Shown in pieces: positions 19,373 through 26,970 of a stretch of 64,000 nt of DNA (positions are counted from its first letter, which is position 1; every line of letters begins with the position of its first letter). The notes below the pieces were generated by a model. That model saw nothing but the letters and a program-made list of their open reading frames with translations, did no database searches and was not told where the DNA came from. The stretch covers positions 1-64,000 of the IMG/VR virus record IMGVR_UViG_3300032249_000542; one strand, 5' to 3'. A program made the translations under genes and the position numbers. This DNA is from a virus.

Positions 19373-19669
19373 ATGGCTAAGACCAATTCTTTTGCAGCTA
19401 CCCAACTGAAGCAAGCTCGTGCTGAGATTAAAATGCTTCAGATCCGTGTTAAAAATCTAATGTGGGATGTCAAACAGGAAAGGGAAGCGGCACGTAATGA
19501 GCGTGTTTCCATCCGTGCAACTAAGCTGGCAGAGACCGAAGCAAAGCGTGCCGAACGTATTGCCAAGTTGGAAGCTAAGTTAGCTGCAATGAAAGCACCA
19601 AAGGTAGGGATCGCTGCCAAAAAGGCAAGTCGTAAACCTTCCAAAGTTACCGTTACCAAGGTGGCATAA
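19373..19669 (+). CDS. basic Ala/Lys-rich coiled-coil protein
   Basis: TAAGGAG RBS. Confidence 0.7.
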   Translation: MAKTNSFAATQLKQARAEIKMLQIRVKNLMWDVKQEREAARNERVSIRATKLAETEAKRAERIAKLEAKLAAMKAPKVGIAAKKASRKPSKVTVTKVA

Positions 19670-19830
19670 TGATTAGCGCTGCGGAAGCATTCCTTTATGA
19701 TATCGATTATTTGATTAACGACCAAGGCGAGTCCGTAGAGCGTACCGCCTTCATCATGGGATGCTCCGAAGCAATGGTGCTAGACGGCATCCAGATCCTG
19801 CGAGATGCCTTCAGCGAGACCGTACAGTAG
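19669..19830 (+). CDS. small hypothetical protein (53 aa)
   Basis: TAATG coupling; MISAAEAFLYDIDY... Confidence 0.5.
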   Translation: MISAAEAFLYDIDYLINDQGESVERTAFIMGCSEAMVLDGIQILRDAFSETVQ

Positions 19831-20031
19831 CAACACCCAGGGCAATGGCCGCACCGCACCAGTGGCCATCACTAGCCCCCCAAAAGACAGTCCACAAGAT
19901 ACTATCCGGTGGCCACTAAAGCCCGATAAGAATCTAAGGTGGCCAACGAATACGAATTCCCGTTTTACCATAGAGAATCGACCAAGAATTTTTTTTCTAG
20001 TAAAAATCACATAATACTAAGGACTACCAGA

Positions 20032-20307
20032 ATGTCACAGAATACCACAGAGTTTACCATTGAGCGTTATACTATTGACCTCCGTCGTAAAGATGGTCTC
20101 CGTCTAATTGATAAGATGGACTACCTTCCCTCCACTATGGAGCATCTGGATCGTGCCGTGAGTCTCATGGAAGATGACGGTTATATCATTAATTACTTTC
20201 CTACCTACACTACAGAAAAGAACCTCTTGACCGGTGAGTTATATCAAGAGCGTACCGACACACCTAGTTTCTGTTCCCCTTCATCCGAATCATTCTGGAG
20301 CATGTAA
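20032..20307 (+). CDS. conserved phage hypothetical protein
   Basis: TAAGGA RBS; C-terminal DTPSFCSPSSESFWSM. Confidence 0.65.
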   Translation: MSQNTTEFTIERYTIDLRRKDGLRLIDKMDYLPSTMEHLDRAVSLMEDDGYIINYFPTYTTEKNLLTGELYQERTDTPSFCSPSSESFWSM

Positions 20308-20516
20308 TGAACAAACGAATCCAAGAACTAGCAGAACAGGCTGGGATTACTCTCCCTGCTGATACTGAATACAATGGTCACATATACCGTAACGCATTGG
20401 AAAAGTTTGCCAATTTGATTATTGATATCTGTAGAAATATTGCCGAAGATGGTTTCCATGAAGAAATAGACGGTCAGGAAATTAATGATAAAATAGCACG
20501 ATACTTTAAAGGGTAA
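20307..20516 (+). CDS. hypothetical protein (MNxRIxELA family, copy 1)
   Basis: MNKRIQELAEQAG...EKFANLII. Confidence 0.6.
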   Translation: MNKRIQELAEQAGITLPADTEYNGHIYRNALEKFANLIIDICRNIAEDGFHEEIDGQEINDKIARYFKG

Positions 20517-20517
20517 T

Positions 20518-20817
20518 ATGAATGACCGAATTCGAATGGTGGTTCAACCTACAATAGACTGGATACACGATGATTTTAAATCTAATTCTTTTCGTTTTTG
20601 CGTTGAGTTGTTTGCTTGGTCCATTAGTTTGGGATGTGCTATCACTATGGCAATGACAGTCCCAAACCCTCCTTTACTCCAAATGTATCCTGCTTGGATT
20701 CTTGGTTGCGCTATGTACGCTTGGGCTAGTTATTCTAGAAAATCTTTTGGTATGTTGGTTAATTATATGCTGTTAGTAACCATTGACAGTATAGGTTTAT
20801 ACAGATTGCTTGCATAG
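20518..20817 (+). CDS. membrane protein
   Basis: Three hydrophobic segments. Confidence 0.65.
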   Translation: MNDRIRMVVQPTIDWIHDDFKSNSFRFCVELFAWSISLGCAITMAMTVPNPPLLQMYPAWILGCAMYAWASYSRKSFGMLVNYMLLVTIDSIGLYRLLA

Positions 20818-20826
20818 GAGAATTAT

Positions 20827-21057
20827 ATGAAACAGAATATAGTTGATGTTTTCCCTGGAATCCAGATATTTGATAAAGAACCAGTTGTCGTAAAAAATCC
20901 TTTCTCGGGCGTCGGTTTCACATTAAGCCCCGAGGAGGTCGCCGTATACGACTATCTAAAAGGGTGTGAGATGTTAGGTGATTATACTGGTGTGCAAAAA
21001 GGTGTCGATTGGTTCATTGAGAATAACTGTGCGGCATACATGGCTCTGTTGGATTGA
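20827..21057 (+). CDS. hypothetical protein
   Basis: AGGAG RBS. Confidence 0.65.
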   Translation: MKQNIVDVFPGIQIFDKEPVVVKNPFSGVGFTLSPEEVAVYDYLKGCEMLGDYTGVQKGVDWFIENNCAAYMALLD

Positions 21058-21082
21058 CAATAAAGCGGAATTCTGTTATACT
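21054..21082 (+). promoter_or_regulatory. sigma70 promoter
   Basis: TTGACA-17-TATACT. Confidence 0.7.
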
Positions 21083-21106
21083 TATTCACATAAAGGATAA
21101 CGATGA

Positions 21107-21349
21107 ATGAATAATGAACGAATACAACAATTAGCAGATCGTGCTGGTATCGAGTGGGATGACAAATATCATTACTTTGTAAGTGCTGCAACTATGCGAC
21201 TATTCGCACAATCCGTAGCACAAGAATGTGCTGATATCGCATTACGTGAAAGCCATGATCCATATGAATGTATCATGAAACACTTTGGTCTGGAAACGGC
21301 TAACTCCACATTTAGAAGTCGGTCTACGTATTTTGGAAACAATCCGTGA
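21107..21349 (+). CDS. hypothetical protein (MNxRIxELA family, copy 2)
   Basis: MNNERIQQLADRAG...QECA...KHFG. Confidence 0.6.
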   Translation: MNNERIQQLADRAGIEWDDKYHYFVSAATMRLFAQSVAQECADIALRESHDPYECIMKHFGLETANSTFRSRSTYFGNNP

Positions 21350-21501
21350 ATGATGATTTAGTTTATCGATTGAGAAAGCGTGCCGAGATTCGTAGGCAGA
21401 TACCTGGACGTAAGTCTGTGGAAGAAGGTACACCAGATAGAATCGCTGACTTGTTGGAAGAAGCAGCAAATGAGATTGAGAGGTTACGTAATGGTAACTA
21501 A
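21346..21501 (+). CDS. small hypothetical protein (51 aa, not in track)
   Basis: GTG start; DLVYRLRKRAEIRRQIPGRKSV...DRIADLLEEAA. Confidence 0.6.
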   Translation: MNDDLVYRLRKRAEIRRQIPGRKSVEEGTPDRIADLLEEAANEIERLRNGN

Positions 21502-21781
21502 ATCCGTAGTATATTTTAAAGAAGAACAAAAGTTTGGAAGTGGCCTGTGTGTGGTTAACCATGACTTTCCTGGCCATAGAGAGCAAGTGTATTATGCACC
21601 ATTCACATTAAGTGAAGCAGATACTATCTACATAGAGAATATTGGTCCGGTAAACAAAGAATTAAGAAAACAATTAAAAGCCCGTATGAAAGAAGCAATA
21701 ACCATTAAAGGATATACTTTCCATACGGTGCATTGGAATTCTCAATTAGTCCTGTATTTTAAAAGGAATCCAAATGGATGA
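21491..21781 (+). CDS. hypothetical protein
   Basis: GAGG RBS then ATG 21491 in the track frame. Confidence 0.5.
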   Translation: MVTKSVVYFKEEQKFGSGLCVVNHDFPGHREQVYYAPFTLSEADTIYIENIGPVNKELRKQLKARMKEAITIKGYTFHTVHWNSQLVLYFKRNPNG

Positions 21782-21977
21782 AAAAGAAAAGATGGAAGTG
21801 TATTATGCATGGCGTAATGCAGAATCATATCAATTGCCTATGACAGAGGAAGGTATGAAACTGGCAGATGCCCGATACTACGGTTTCCGTAAAGGTTGGG
21901 CATATGCGAAGTTCTTTGCCGAACATGGTCATACTGATATGAAAGAACATAACGAAAGGTATGATGATGAGTCCTGA
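21774..21977 (+). CDS. hypothetical protein
   Basis: AAGGA RBS. Confidence 0.55.
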   Translation: MDEKEKMEVYYAWRNAESYQLPMTEEGMKLADARYYGFRKGWAYAKFFAEHGHTDMKEHNERYDDES

Positions 21978-22362
21978 ACTAGAAAAAAAACTGGTTGACA
22001 AATACCCTAAACTGTTTTCGTCTAAACAGTTTTTTGGCTTTGAGTGTGGAGACGGGTGGTACGATATACTCGACTATCTGTGCGGAGCAATATCGGAGTA
22101 TACCTATTTAGATGTTATGTCTAAATCACCCTATGATTCCAATGAGATATACGTTGACCAAGTAAAAGAAAAGTTTGGTCAGTTGCGTTTCTACTTGTCG
22201 AAGGAAGATGATGTTATGCATGGCATGGTATCGATGGCAGAATACATGTCGGCTCACACCTGTGAAATATGTGGTAATCGTGGTAAGACCCGTGATGGTT
22301 CGTGGTTGGTAACTCTGTGCGATAAACACGATGAAGCACGAATCGGAAAGATGGTAGAATGA
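21961..22362 (+). CDS. conserved phage hypothetical protein
   Basis: ECGDGWY, QVKEKFG.LRFY, CEICG...LCDKH. Confidence 0.7.
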   Translation: MMMSPELEKKLVDKYPKLFSSKQFFGFECGDGWYDILDYLCGAISEYTYLDVMSKSPYDSNEIYVDQVKEKFGQLRFYLSKEDDVMHGMVSMAEYMSAHTCEICGNRGKTRDGSWLVTLCDKHDEARIGKMVE

Positions 22363-22613
22363 ACATTCGATGGCGTGAGATAGCAGTAACCTGTTGGGAT
22401 GAACGAATGGATGGTCTACACTTTGACCAAGAAAAATTCGCCAAGTTGATTATTCAGGAATGTGCTGACTTGTATACACATGATGATGTAATGGCTCCTG
22501 TAGGACAAAGTGCATGGGGTGAAGCGTATCAGGATGGATGGATTGAAGGTACCAAGGCTTATCGAGAAACTATGTTAGAACATTTTGGGATAAAAGATGA
22601 CAGAAATATTTGA
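22359..22613 (+). CDS. hypothetical protein (MNxRIxELA family, copy 3)
   Basis: EKFAKLIIQECA...EHFGI. Confidence 0.6.
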   Translation: MNIRWREIAVTCWDERMDGLHFDQEKFAKLIIQECADLYTHDDVMAPVGQSAWGEAYQDGWIEGTKAYRETMLEHFGIKDDRNI

Positions 22614-22851
22614 TTGGAAAGAAAGAGGATCAACATACTATTACTACGTTGTGAAAACTGGTAAAATTGTTGGTACAGTATCAAAATTAATGTCAAATGA
22701 AATTTGGATAGGACTAGTCTACACCGGAAAATACACATTTACTCTGGATGACGAATGCCATTTAGGTCAATACATTGATGTGAGCTTTGCAAAGGAAGCA
22801 GTTATGCATTTTTGGGATATTCAGAACCGTACATTATTGGAAAATCGATGA
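22597..22851 (+). CDS. hypothetical protein
   Basis: Coupled ORF. Confidence 0.55.
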   Translation: MTEIFDWKERGSTYYYYVVKTGKIVGTVSKLMSNEIWIGLVYTGKYTFTLDDECHLGQYIDVSFAKEAVMHFWDIQNRTLLENR

Positions 22852-23177
22852 TTTATTTTTATGTTTTCACCGGTGTCTTTTTTTCTTTACCATATATACT
22901 TAAATTATGTCTCTACTTAATATAATAATCTTTGGTTTCTTTACAGTTTGGTGTTGGAATGCCTCTGTAAAGGCATTTGATGAAGGACGTACTGGTTGGG
23001 GATGGTTTTCTTTAATTGTTTCAGCCTTTAATGGAGCGTCTTTTGTTTTTGAACTTGGAAAAATAACGTGACACTAGGTGAATTATTACTTTTTTTCATT
23101 GTTTTTGGAATCGTTGGGTTTATTGCAGCTAAAATTTGGCTCAAATACCTCGATGAGGAACTAGATCAACAATAAAA

Positions 23178-23432
23178 ATGAAAGACCTACTAAAATACCT
23201 TCCTCAGATCCTCGAATTTATTCCGGATTTGATGAAAAACCTCAAGGGTATCGTCATACTCTTTTTTGTTTTGGGAATTTTAGGCGGACTTGGGTATCTT
23301 GGGTACATTTTTGTGATGAATTACAAGGATCCTTACAAATGTGTGAGCAATCAGCTTTACAAACAGGTTTCAATGGACTCCGATGTGTATCTTTTTGTAG
23401 GTGATTATTGCGTTGACGGAAAATCGGAGTAA
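23178..23432 (+). CDS. membrane protein
   Basis: Single TM helix. Confidence 0.55.
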   Translation: MKDLLKYLPQILEFIPDLMKNLKGIVILFFVLGILGGLGYLGYIFVMNYKDPYKCVSNQLYKQVSMDSDVYLFVGDYCVDGKSE

Positions 23433-23447
23433 TTTTTTATTTTTAAG

Positions 23448-23497
23448 TGTTGTAAAAATACAACACGCTTGACATAAAGGTCGTTTTTAGATATAAT
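23448..23497 (+). promoter_or_regulatory. early sigma70 promoter with upstream palindrome
   Basis: TGTTGT-N6-ACAACA at 23448-23465; TTGACA-17-TATAAT. Confidence 0.8.
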
Positions 23498-23530
23498 ATG
23501 AAACTTGACCATATATCTAAATATTATATT

Positions 23531-23680
23531 ATGAAAACGACAACAAAACCACGCAACCTAGTTGCCAAAGATTTAACATCGGGAAAATACAATTGCCGTC
23601 GTCACCGTACGGGCAAGGACTATATTCGCTCGATGGAAAAAAACAAAACTTTTAAGGAAATGCGACAATATGCAATCTAA
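23531..23680 (+). CDS. small basic protein
   Basis: KPRNLVAKDL...Y.R motif. Confidence 0.5.
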   Translation: MKTTTKPRNLVAKDLTSGKYNCRRHRTGKDYIRSMEKNKTFKEMRQYAI

Positions 23681-24062
23681 TGCTCCGAGGGAGTATGATG
23701 GCTTTTATTTTCTACCTCATTACGAGGGTGAGGATGAAGGTCTAAGGTTTGATTTTTTTCGATTTAGTGATGAATACGCAAATGGCGTAAAAAAGGACCA
23801 TTGTGAAATGGGTGATATGTACCACATTGTTTTTATAACACAAGATGATGAGGGTGATCCTGTTTTTGATGAAAATTTTGATGCCATTTTCGTTGACCCA
23901 GTGGAATATGTGAATAATTTGTTGGGTGCTGACCTTTTCGGTTGTGTTATAAGAAAAACCGATAAATCTGAAAGATGGTTAGAAAAATACTTGACAAGAA
24001 TCAAAGAATCGAGTAAACTGAGAAACATTAAGAGTGACATTCAATCTATTGCGGATAATTAA
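23670..24062 (+). CDS. hypothetical acidic protein
   Basis: 130-aa ORF. Confidence 0.6.
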   Translation: MQSNAPREYDGFYFLPHYEGEDEGLRFDFFRFSDEYANGVKKDHCEMGDMYHIVFITQDDEGDPVFDENFDAIFVDPVEYVNNLLGADLFGCVIRKTDKSERWLEKYLTRIKESSKLRNIKSDIQSIADN

Positions 24063-24064
24063 TT

Positions 24065-24346
24065 ATGGAAAATTTTGATTTTAGTACAGAAGCAACCAAA
24101 GAATTTATTTGGGACAAATTAAACGAAGGTGTCATCTCGGTATTGTTTACGAAAAAAGATGGTACTGAGCGTTTGATGAAATGTACCTTACATGAGGACT
24201 ACGTTCCAGAACTTAAAGGTACAAAACCAATAAATCCAGATGTAATTGCGGTTTATGATGTTGAAGCATTGGGCTGGCGGTCATTCCGTTGGGATTCTAT
24301 TAAAAATGTTACTATCAAGGTGAAGTATGAACCACAAACAGTTTGA
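24065..24346 (+). CDS. WYL-like / SH3 beta-barrel protein
   Basis: FTKKDGTER.M.CTL...YDVE..GWRSFR.DS. Confidence 0.7.
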   Translation: MENFDFSTEATKEFIWDKLNEGVISVLFTKKDGTERLMKCTLHEDYVPELKGTKPINPDVIAVYDVEALGWRSFRWDSIKNVTIKVKYEPQTV

Positions 24347-24596
24347 TTTAGAGCAAGGCATTTTAAATTGCTGGAATATTTGCGAGGATATGAAAATCAT
24401 CGCTGAGAATGTTTTAGAAGCAAAAACTGTTGACCGTGATAAACTAGCTAATATATTGATTGGTTTGTCGGACTTGTATCAATTAAAGTTTGAGAAAACT
24501 TTTAGTGATTTTGAGGAAACAAGTAAATATTACTATGACCAAAGAAAAAAATTACAAGAAGTAATAGGCAATATCGAAGATCGCCACGTTTTTTAA
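24327..24596 (+). CDS. hypothetical protein
   Basis: FDLEQ.I..CW motif; coupled ORF. Confidence 0.6.
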   Translation: MNHKQFDLEQGILNCWNICEDMKIIAENVLEAKTVDRDKLANILIGLSDLYQLKFEKTFSDFEETSKYYYDQRKKLQEVIGNIEDRHVF

Positions 24597-24606
24597 TAAA
24601 AAGTTT

Positions 24607-24614
24607 TATAAATA
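24607..24614 (+). promoter_or_regulatory. T4-type late promoter
   Basis: Exact TATAAATA, 5 nt before the leader ATG. Confidence 0.75.
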
Positions 24615-24619
24615 AAAGT

Positions 24620-24718
24620 ATGAACAAAATCCTCTCTACAATTAGTAAGCAACATACCCCGATGACGAATTGGTCAGAGGGCTATTGCGCTCGCAGTTTT
24701 GATGGGGGTTTTGTATAG
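24620..24718 (+). CDS. putative attenuator leader peptide (32 aa, all 20 amino acids)
   Basis: MNKILSTISKQHTPMTNWSEGYCARSFDGGFV*; its last codons and stop form the antiterminator arm. Confidence 0.7.
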   Translation: MNKILSTISKQHTPMTNWSEGYCARSFDGGFV

Positions 24719-24755
24719 TAGGCTAATGTAATCTTATAGTCTCTATACAAAACCC
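24706..24755 (+). promoter_or_regulatory. antiterminator hairpin
   Basis: GGGTTTTGTATAG (24706-18) pairs perfectly with CTATACAAAACCC (24743-55); extended by AGGCTA/TAGTCT. Confidence 0.75.
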
Positions 24756-24785
24756 GAATCTAACCAGTTCGGGTTTTTTGTTTTT
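24749..24785 (+). terminator. intrinsic terminator immediately upstream of the first tRNA
   Basis: AAAACCCGAA-loop-TTCGGGTTTT followed by TTGTTTTT. Confidence 0.8.
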
Positions 24786-24873
24786 GGAAGTGTGGCTGAG
24801 TGGTTTAAGGCAGCGGTCTTGAAAACCGTCGTATCGAAAGGTACCGTGAGTTCGAATCCCACCACTTCCGCCA
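24786..24873 (+). tRNA. tRNA-Ser(TGA)
   Basis: Cloverleaf, long variable arm, encoded CCA. Confidence 0.95.
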
Positions 24874-24878
24874 GTAAT

Positions 24879-24970
24879 GGAAATATGGCTGAGAGGCTTA
24901 AGGCAGCGGTTTGCTAAACCGTCGATCATGTTAAAATGGTCCGTTGGTTCGAATCCAACTATTTCCGCCA
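24879..24970 (+). tRNA. tRNA-Ser(GCT)
   Basis: Cloverleaf, long variable arm, CCA. Confidence 0.95.
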
Positions 24971-24975
24971 GTTAT

Positions 24976-25053
24976 GGTTAGGTGGCTGAGTGGTCCAAAG
25001 CAGCAGTCTGCAAAACTGTAAAACCGTCGGTTCAAATCCGACCCTAACCTCCA
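24976..25053 (+). tRNA. tRNA-Cys(GCA)
   Basis: Cloverleaf, U73 discriminator, CCA. Confidence 0.95.
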
Positions 25054-25087
25054 TTATTAAAATGGAAACATGTTGTCAAAATGATAC

Positions 25088-25263
25088 TGTTGTATTTACG
25101 CAACAAACTAATTGTTGACATATAGCGGGTCTTTTGATATAATAGATTTTGTTGAGTTGATAGAGAAAAAGAAAAAAGTGTTGTTTTTATACAACAAACT
25201 AATTGAAATAAGTTGTTGACATATAGCGGGTCTTTTGATATAATAGATTTTGTTGAGTTGATA
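25088..25263 (+). promoter_or_regulatory. tandem duplicated early sigma70 promoters, each with the upstream palindrome
   Basis: 51-nt exact direct repeat (25112-25162, 25213-25263), each TTGACA-17-TATAAT; palindromes at 25088 and 25179. Confidence 0.85.
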
Positions 25264-25273
25264 AAGAAAAAAA

Positions 25274-25433
25274 ACAGACAAGTGCGGTCTGTCTCTGTAA
25301 AGAGTTAAGCAAGGGTTTGGTGCAGTAATGACTTCGGCACCATGTAATAGTCAGTTCCTTGTTAGCATTAGATCAGATGGTAGGCAACTACCCAATGGTT
25401 GTAGGTGACGATGGGCTTTATAGGAACCTTCAA
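25274..25433 (+). ncRNA. unknown structured RNA, copy 1
   Basis: Stems, GNRA loops and pseudoknots covary with copy 2. Confidence 0.7.
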
Positions 25434-25446
25434 GATTTTAAAAAAA

Positions 25447-25638
25447 ACGGAAATGAGCAATCCGTCTCTGAAAAGAGTTTAACAAGGGTGTGGTGCGTTA
25501 ATACTGCTTCGGCATCACGTAATAGCGATCCTTGTTAATGTTCGAGATCAAACGGCATAGGAAATACTACACAAGTTTGTGTAGTACGTAGCTATGACAA
25601 TGGTTGTAGGTGACGATGGGATTCTATAGGAACCTTCA
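25447..25638 (+). ncRNA. unknown structured RNA, copy 2
   Basis: Same architecture with compensatory changes and one extended hairpin. Confidence 0.7.
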
Positions 25639-25688
25639 GATTATTATCGGTTGTGGGTATACGGGTACAGGAACCCTCAAGAATTTAT

Positions 25689-25763
25689 GCACCGTTCGTC
25701 TATCGGTTAGGACCCCGCCCTTTCACGGCGGTAAGAGGAGTTCGATTCTCCTACGGTGTACCA
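25689..25763 (+). tRNA. tRNA-Glu(TTC)
   Basis: Cloverleaf, CCA. Confidence 0.95.
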
Positions 25764-25819
25764 GTTTATTTTTTAGGAGAGTCCATTATGGACAGCGATA
25801 AGAGTATTAACAAAACGAA

Positions 25820-25895
25820 GGAGCTATAGTCAAACGGTTAAGACAGCGGACTTTTAATCCGTCAGGTCAGGGTTCGAATCCCTGTGGCTCCACCA
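25820..25895 (+). tRNA. tRNA-Lys(TTT)
   Basis: Cloverleaf, CCA. Confidence 0.95.
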
Positions 25896-26002
25896 TAGTA
25901 AAGCATATTTCAGGTTGGACTATTTCTAGAATAGTTATTTGGGTCGGTAGATGGGATTTGATGCCTAATCGAGACTAAGATACGGAGTATGCTTTACTAT
26001 GG
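25893..26002 (+). ncRNA. long-stem hairpin element starting at the tRNA-Lys CCA
   Basis: CCATAGTAAAGCATATT / AGTATGCTTTACTATGG 17-bp stem. Confidence 0.55.
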
Positions 26003-26008
26003 TTCAGA

Positions 26009-26082
26009 TGGGAATTGGTGAAATGGTATCACACCGGATTTTGATTCCGAGGTTGTAAGTTCGATCCTTACATTCCCTGCCA
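26009..26082 (+). tRNA. tRNA-Gln(TTG)
   Basis: Cloverleaf, U1:U72 mismatch, CCA. Confidence 0.9.
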
Positions 26083-26086
26083 TCTA

Positions 26087-26362
26087 TAATTAGACGGTAT
26101 GTTTGAGTTCTGCAAACTCCTAGAGTTAATTGTGGTTGACTTGCATACCGTGACAATCTAATGAGTTCATCCAGTATGAATAGTTAGGCATTAGTTTTTA
26201 CTTGAGTTATGGCAAGTGGTCCATAAACAGGAGTGTAACCTGATAGGCATAGAAAATAAATGCTTAACGTGATGAGCCAGTTTTGACCGTGGGCTTTAGG
26301 CAAGAAACACATAAGAAAACGGCAGGCGCTAAACAAGATTACAATCGCCTAGGTAATCAAGA
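26087..26362 (+). ncRNA. unknown multi-domain structured RNA (~275 nt)
   Basis: No ORF; about ten stems and a 3' H-type pseudoknot; lies between two tRNAs. Confidence 0.6.
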
Positions 26363-26366
26363 ATAT

Positions 26367-26441
26367 GGTTCCAAAGTGTTCATGGACGCACGTATGCCTG
26401 TCACGCATAAAGAAGGGGATCGTTACCCCTTGGGACCGCCA
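26367..26441 (+). tRNA. tRNA-Asp(GTC)
   Basis: Cloverleaf, G73, CCA; atypical T loop ATCGTTA. Confidence 0.9.
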
Positions 26442-26467
26442 AAGTATTTTTAACTGATGGAGATAAA

Positions 26468-26656
26468 ATGAGTAAAGTTTACTTAGGTCGTTTTAATCAG
26501 TATAAAGTTGGCACTAGAATTGCCACTGGTATGAAAGAAGCAAAGTTTTATCAACGTGGTTATATGTTGATGAGCGGTAAAGAATATAAGATTGAAAAAT
26601 TAAACAAGATTGTCCGAGTGTGGCACGATATTGATGAAGGTTTTATTGTAGTATAA
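26468..26656 (+). CDS. hypothetical protein within the tRNA array
   Basis: GGAG RBS. Confidence 0.6.
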   Translation: MSKVYLGRFNQYKVGTRIATGMKEAKFYQRGYMLMSGKEYKIEKLNKIVRVWHDIDEGFIVV

Positions 26657-26664
26657 AATTCTAT

Positions 26665-26740
26665 TCCGAGATAGCTCAGCGGTAGTAGCAGTTGACTGTT
26701 AATCAATTGGTCGTAGGTTCGATCCCTACTCTCGGAGCCA
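26665..26740 (+). tRNA. tRNA-Asn(GTT)
   Basis: Cloverleaf, CCA. Confidence 0.95.
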
Positions 26741-26748
26741 GTTTCAAT

Positions 26749-26833
26749 GGAGATGCGGCGCAGTTGGAGAGGCGCGGCTGACTGTAAATCAGTTCTTTCG
26801 GGTGAGTAGGTTCGAATCTTACCATCTCCACCA
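26749..26833 (+). tRNA. tRNA-Tyr(GTA)
   Basis: Cloverleaf with variable arm, CCA. Confidence 0.95.
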
Positions 26834-26835
26834 AT

Positions 26836-26910
26836 GGTGTCTATAGTGTAGTGGAAGCATTGCTCTCTGTGAAAGAGTAGGTACGGGGTCGGTACCCGTT
26901 AGACACCCCA
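26836..26910 (+). tRNA. tRNA-His(GTG)
   Basis: G-1:C73, CCA; atypical T loop GTCGGTA. Confidence 0.9.
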
Positions 26911-26913
26911 AGG

Positions 26914-26970
26914 TTAAGTTTACAATGGCAGCATTTTAAGTTTACAATGGTAGCGTTTTAAGTTTACAAT
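26914..26970 (+). repeat. 22-nt tandem repeat, about 2.6 copies
   Basis: TTAAGTTTACAATGGYAGCRTT x2 plus TTAAGTTTACAAT. Confidence 0.85.

Noticed and set aside
19780-20014. Track ORFs 19780-20010 (-) and 19805-20014 (+)
   Set aside because: No RBS, atypical composition, and they overlap a better-supported coupled ORF and the repeat stretch.
25274-25680. Hammerhead, twister or pistol ribozyme identity for the tandem RNA
   Set aside because: No CUGAnGA/GAAA core or other catalytic consensus that I can match by eye; left unassigned.
25775-25829. AGGAGA followed by micro-ORF MDSDKSINKTKEL
   Set aside because: Runs into tRNA-Lys, only 13 codons, and has no associated terminator; insufficient support.
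26914-26970. 22-nt repeats as a mini-CRISPR array
   Set aside because: The units are directly tandem with no unique spacers and there are no cas genes; simple slippage duplication.
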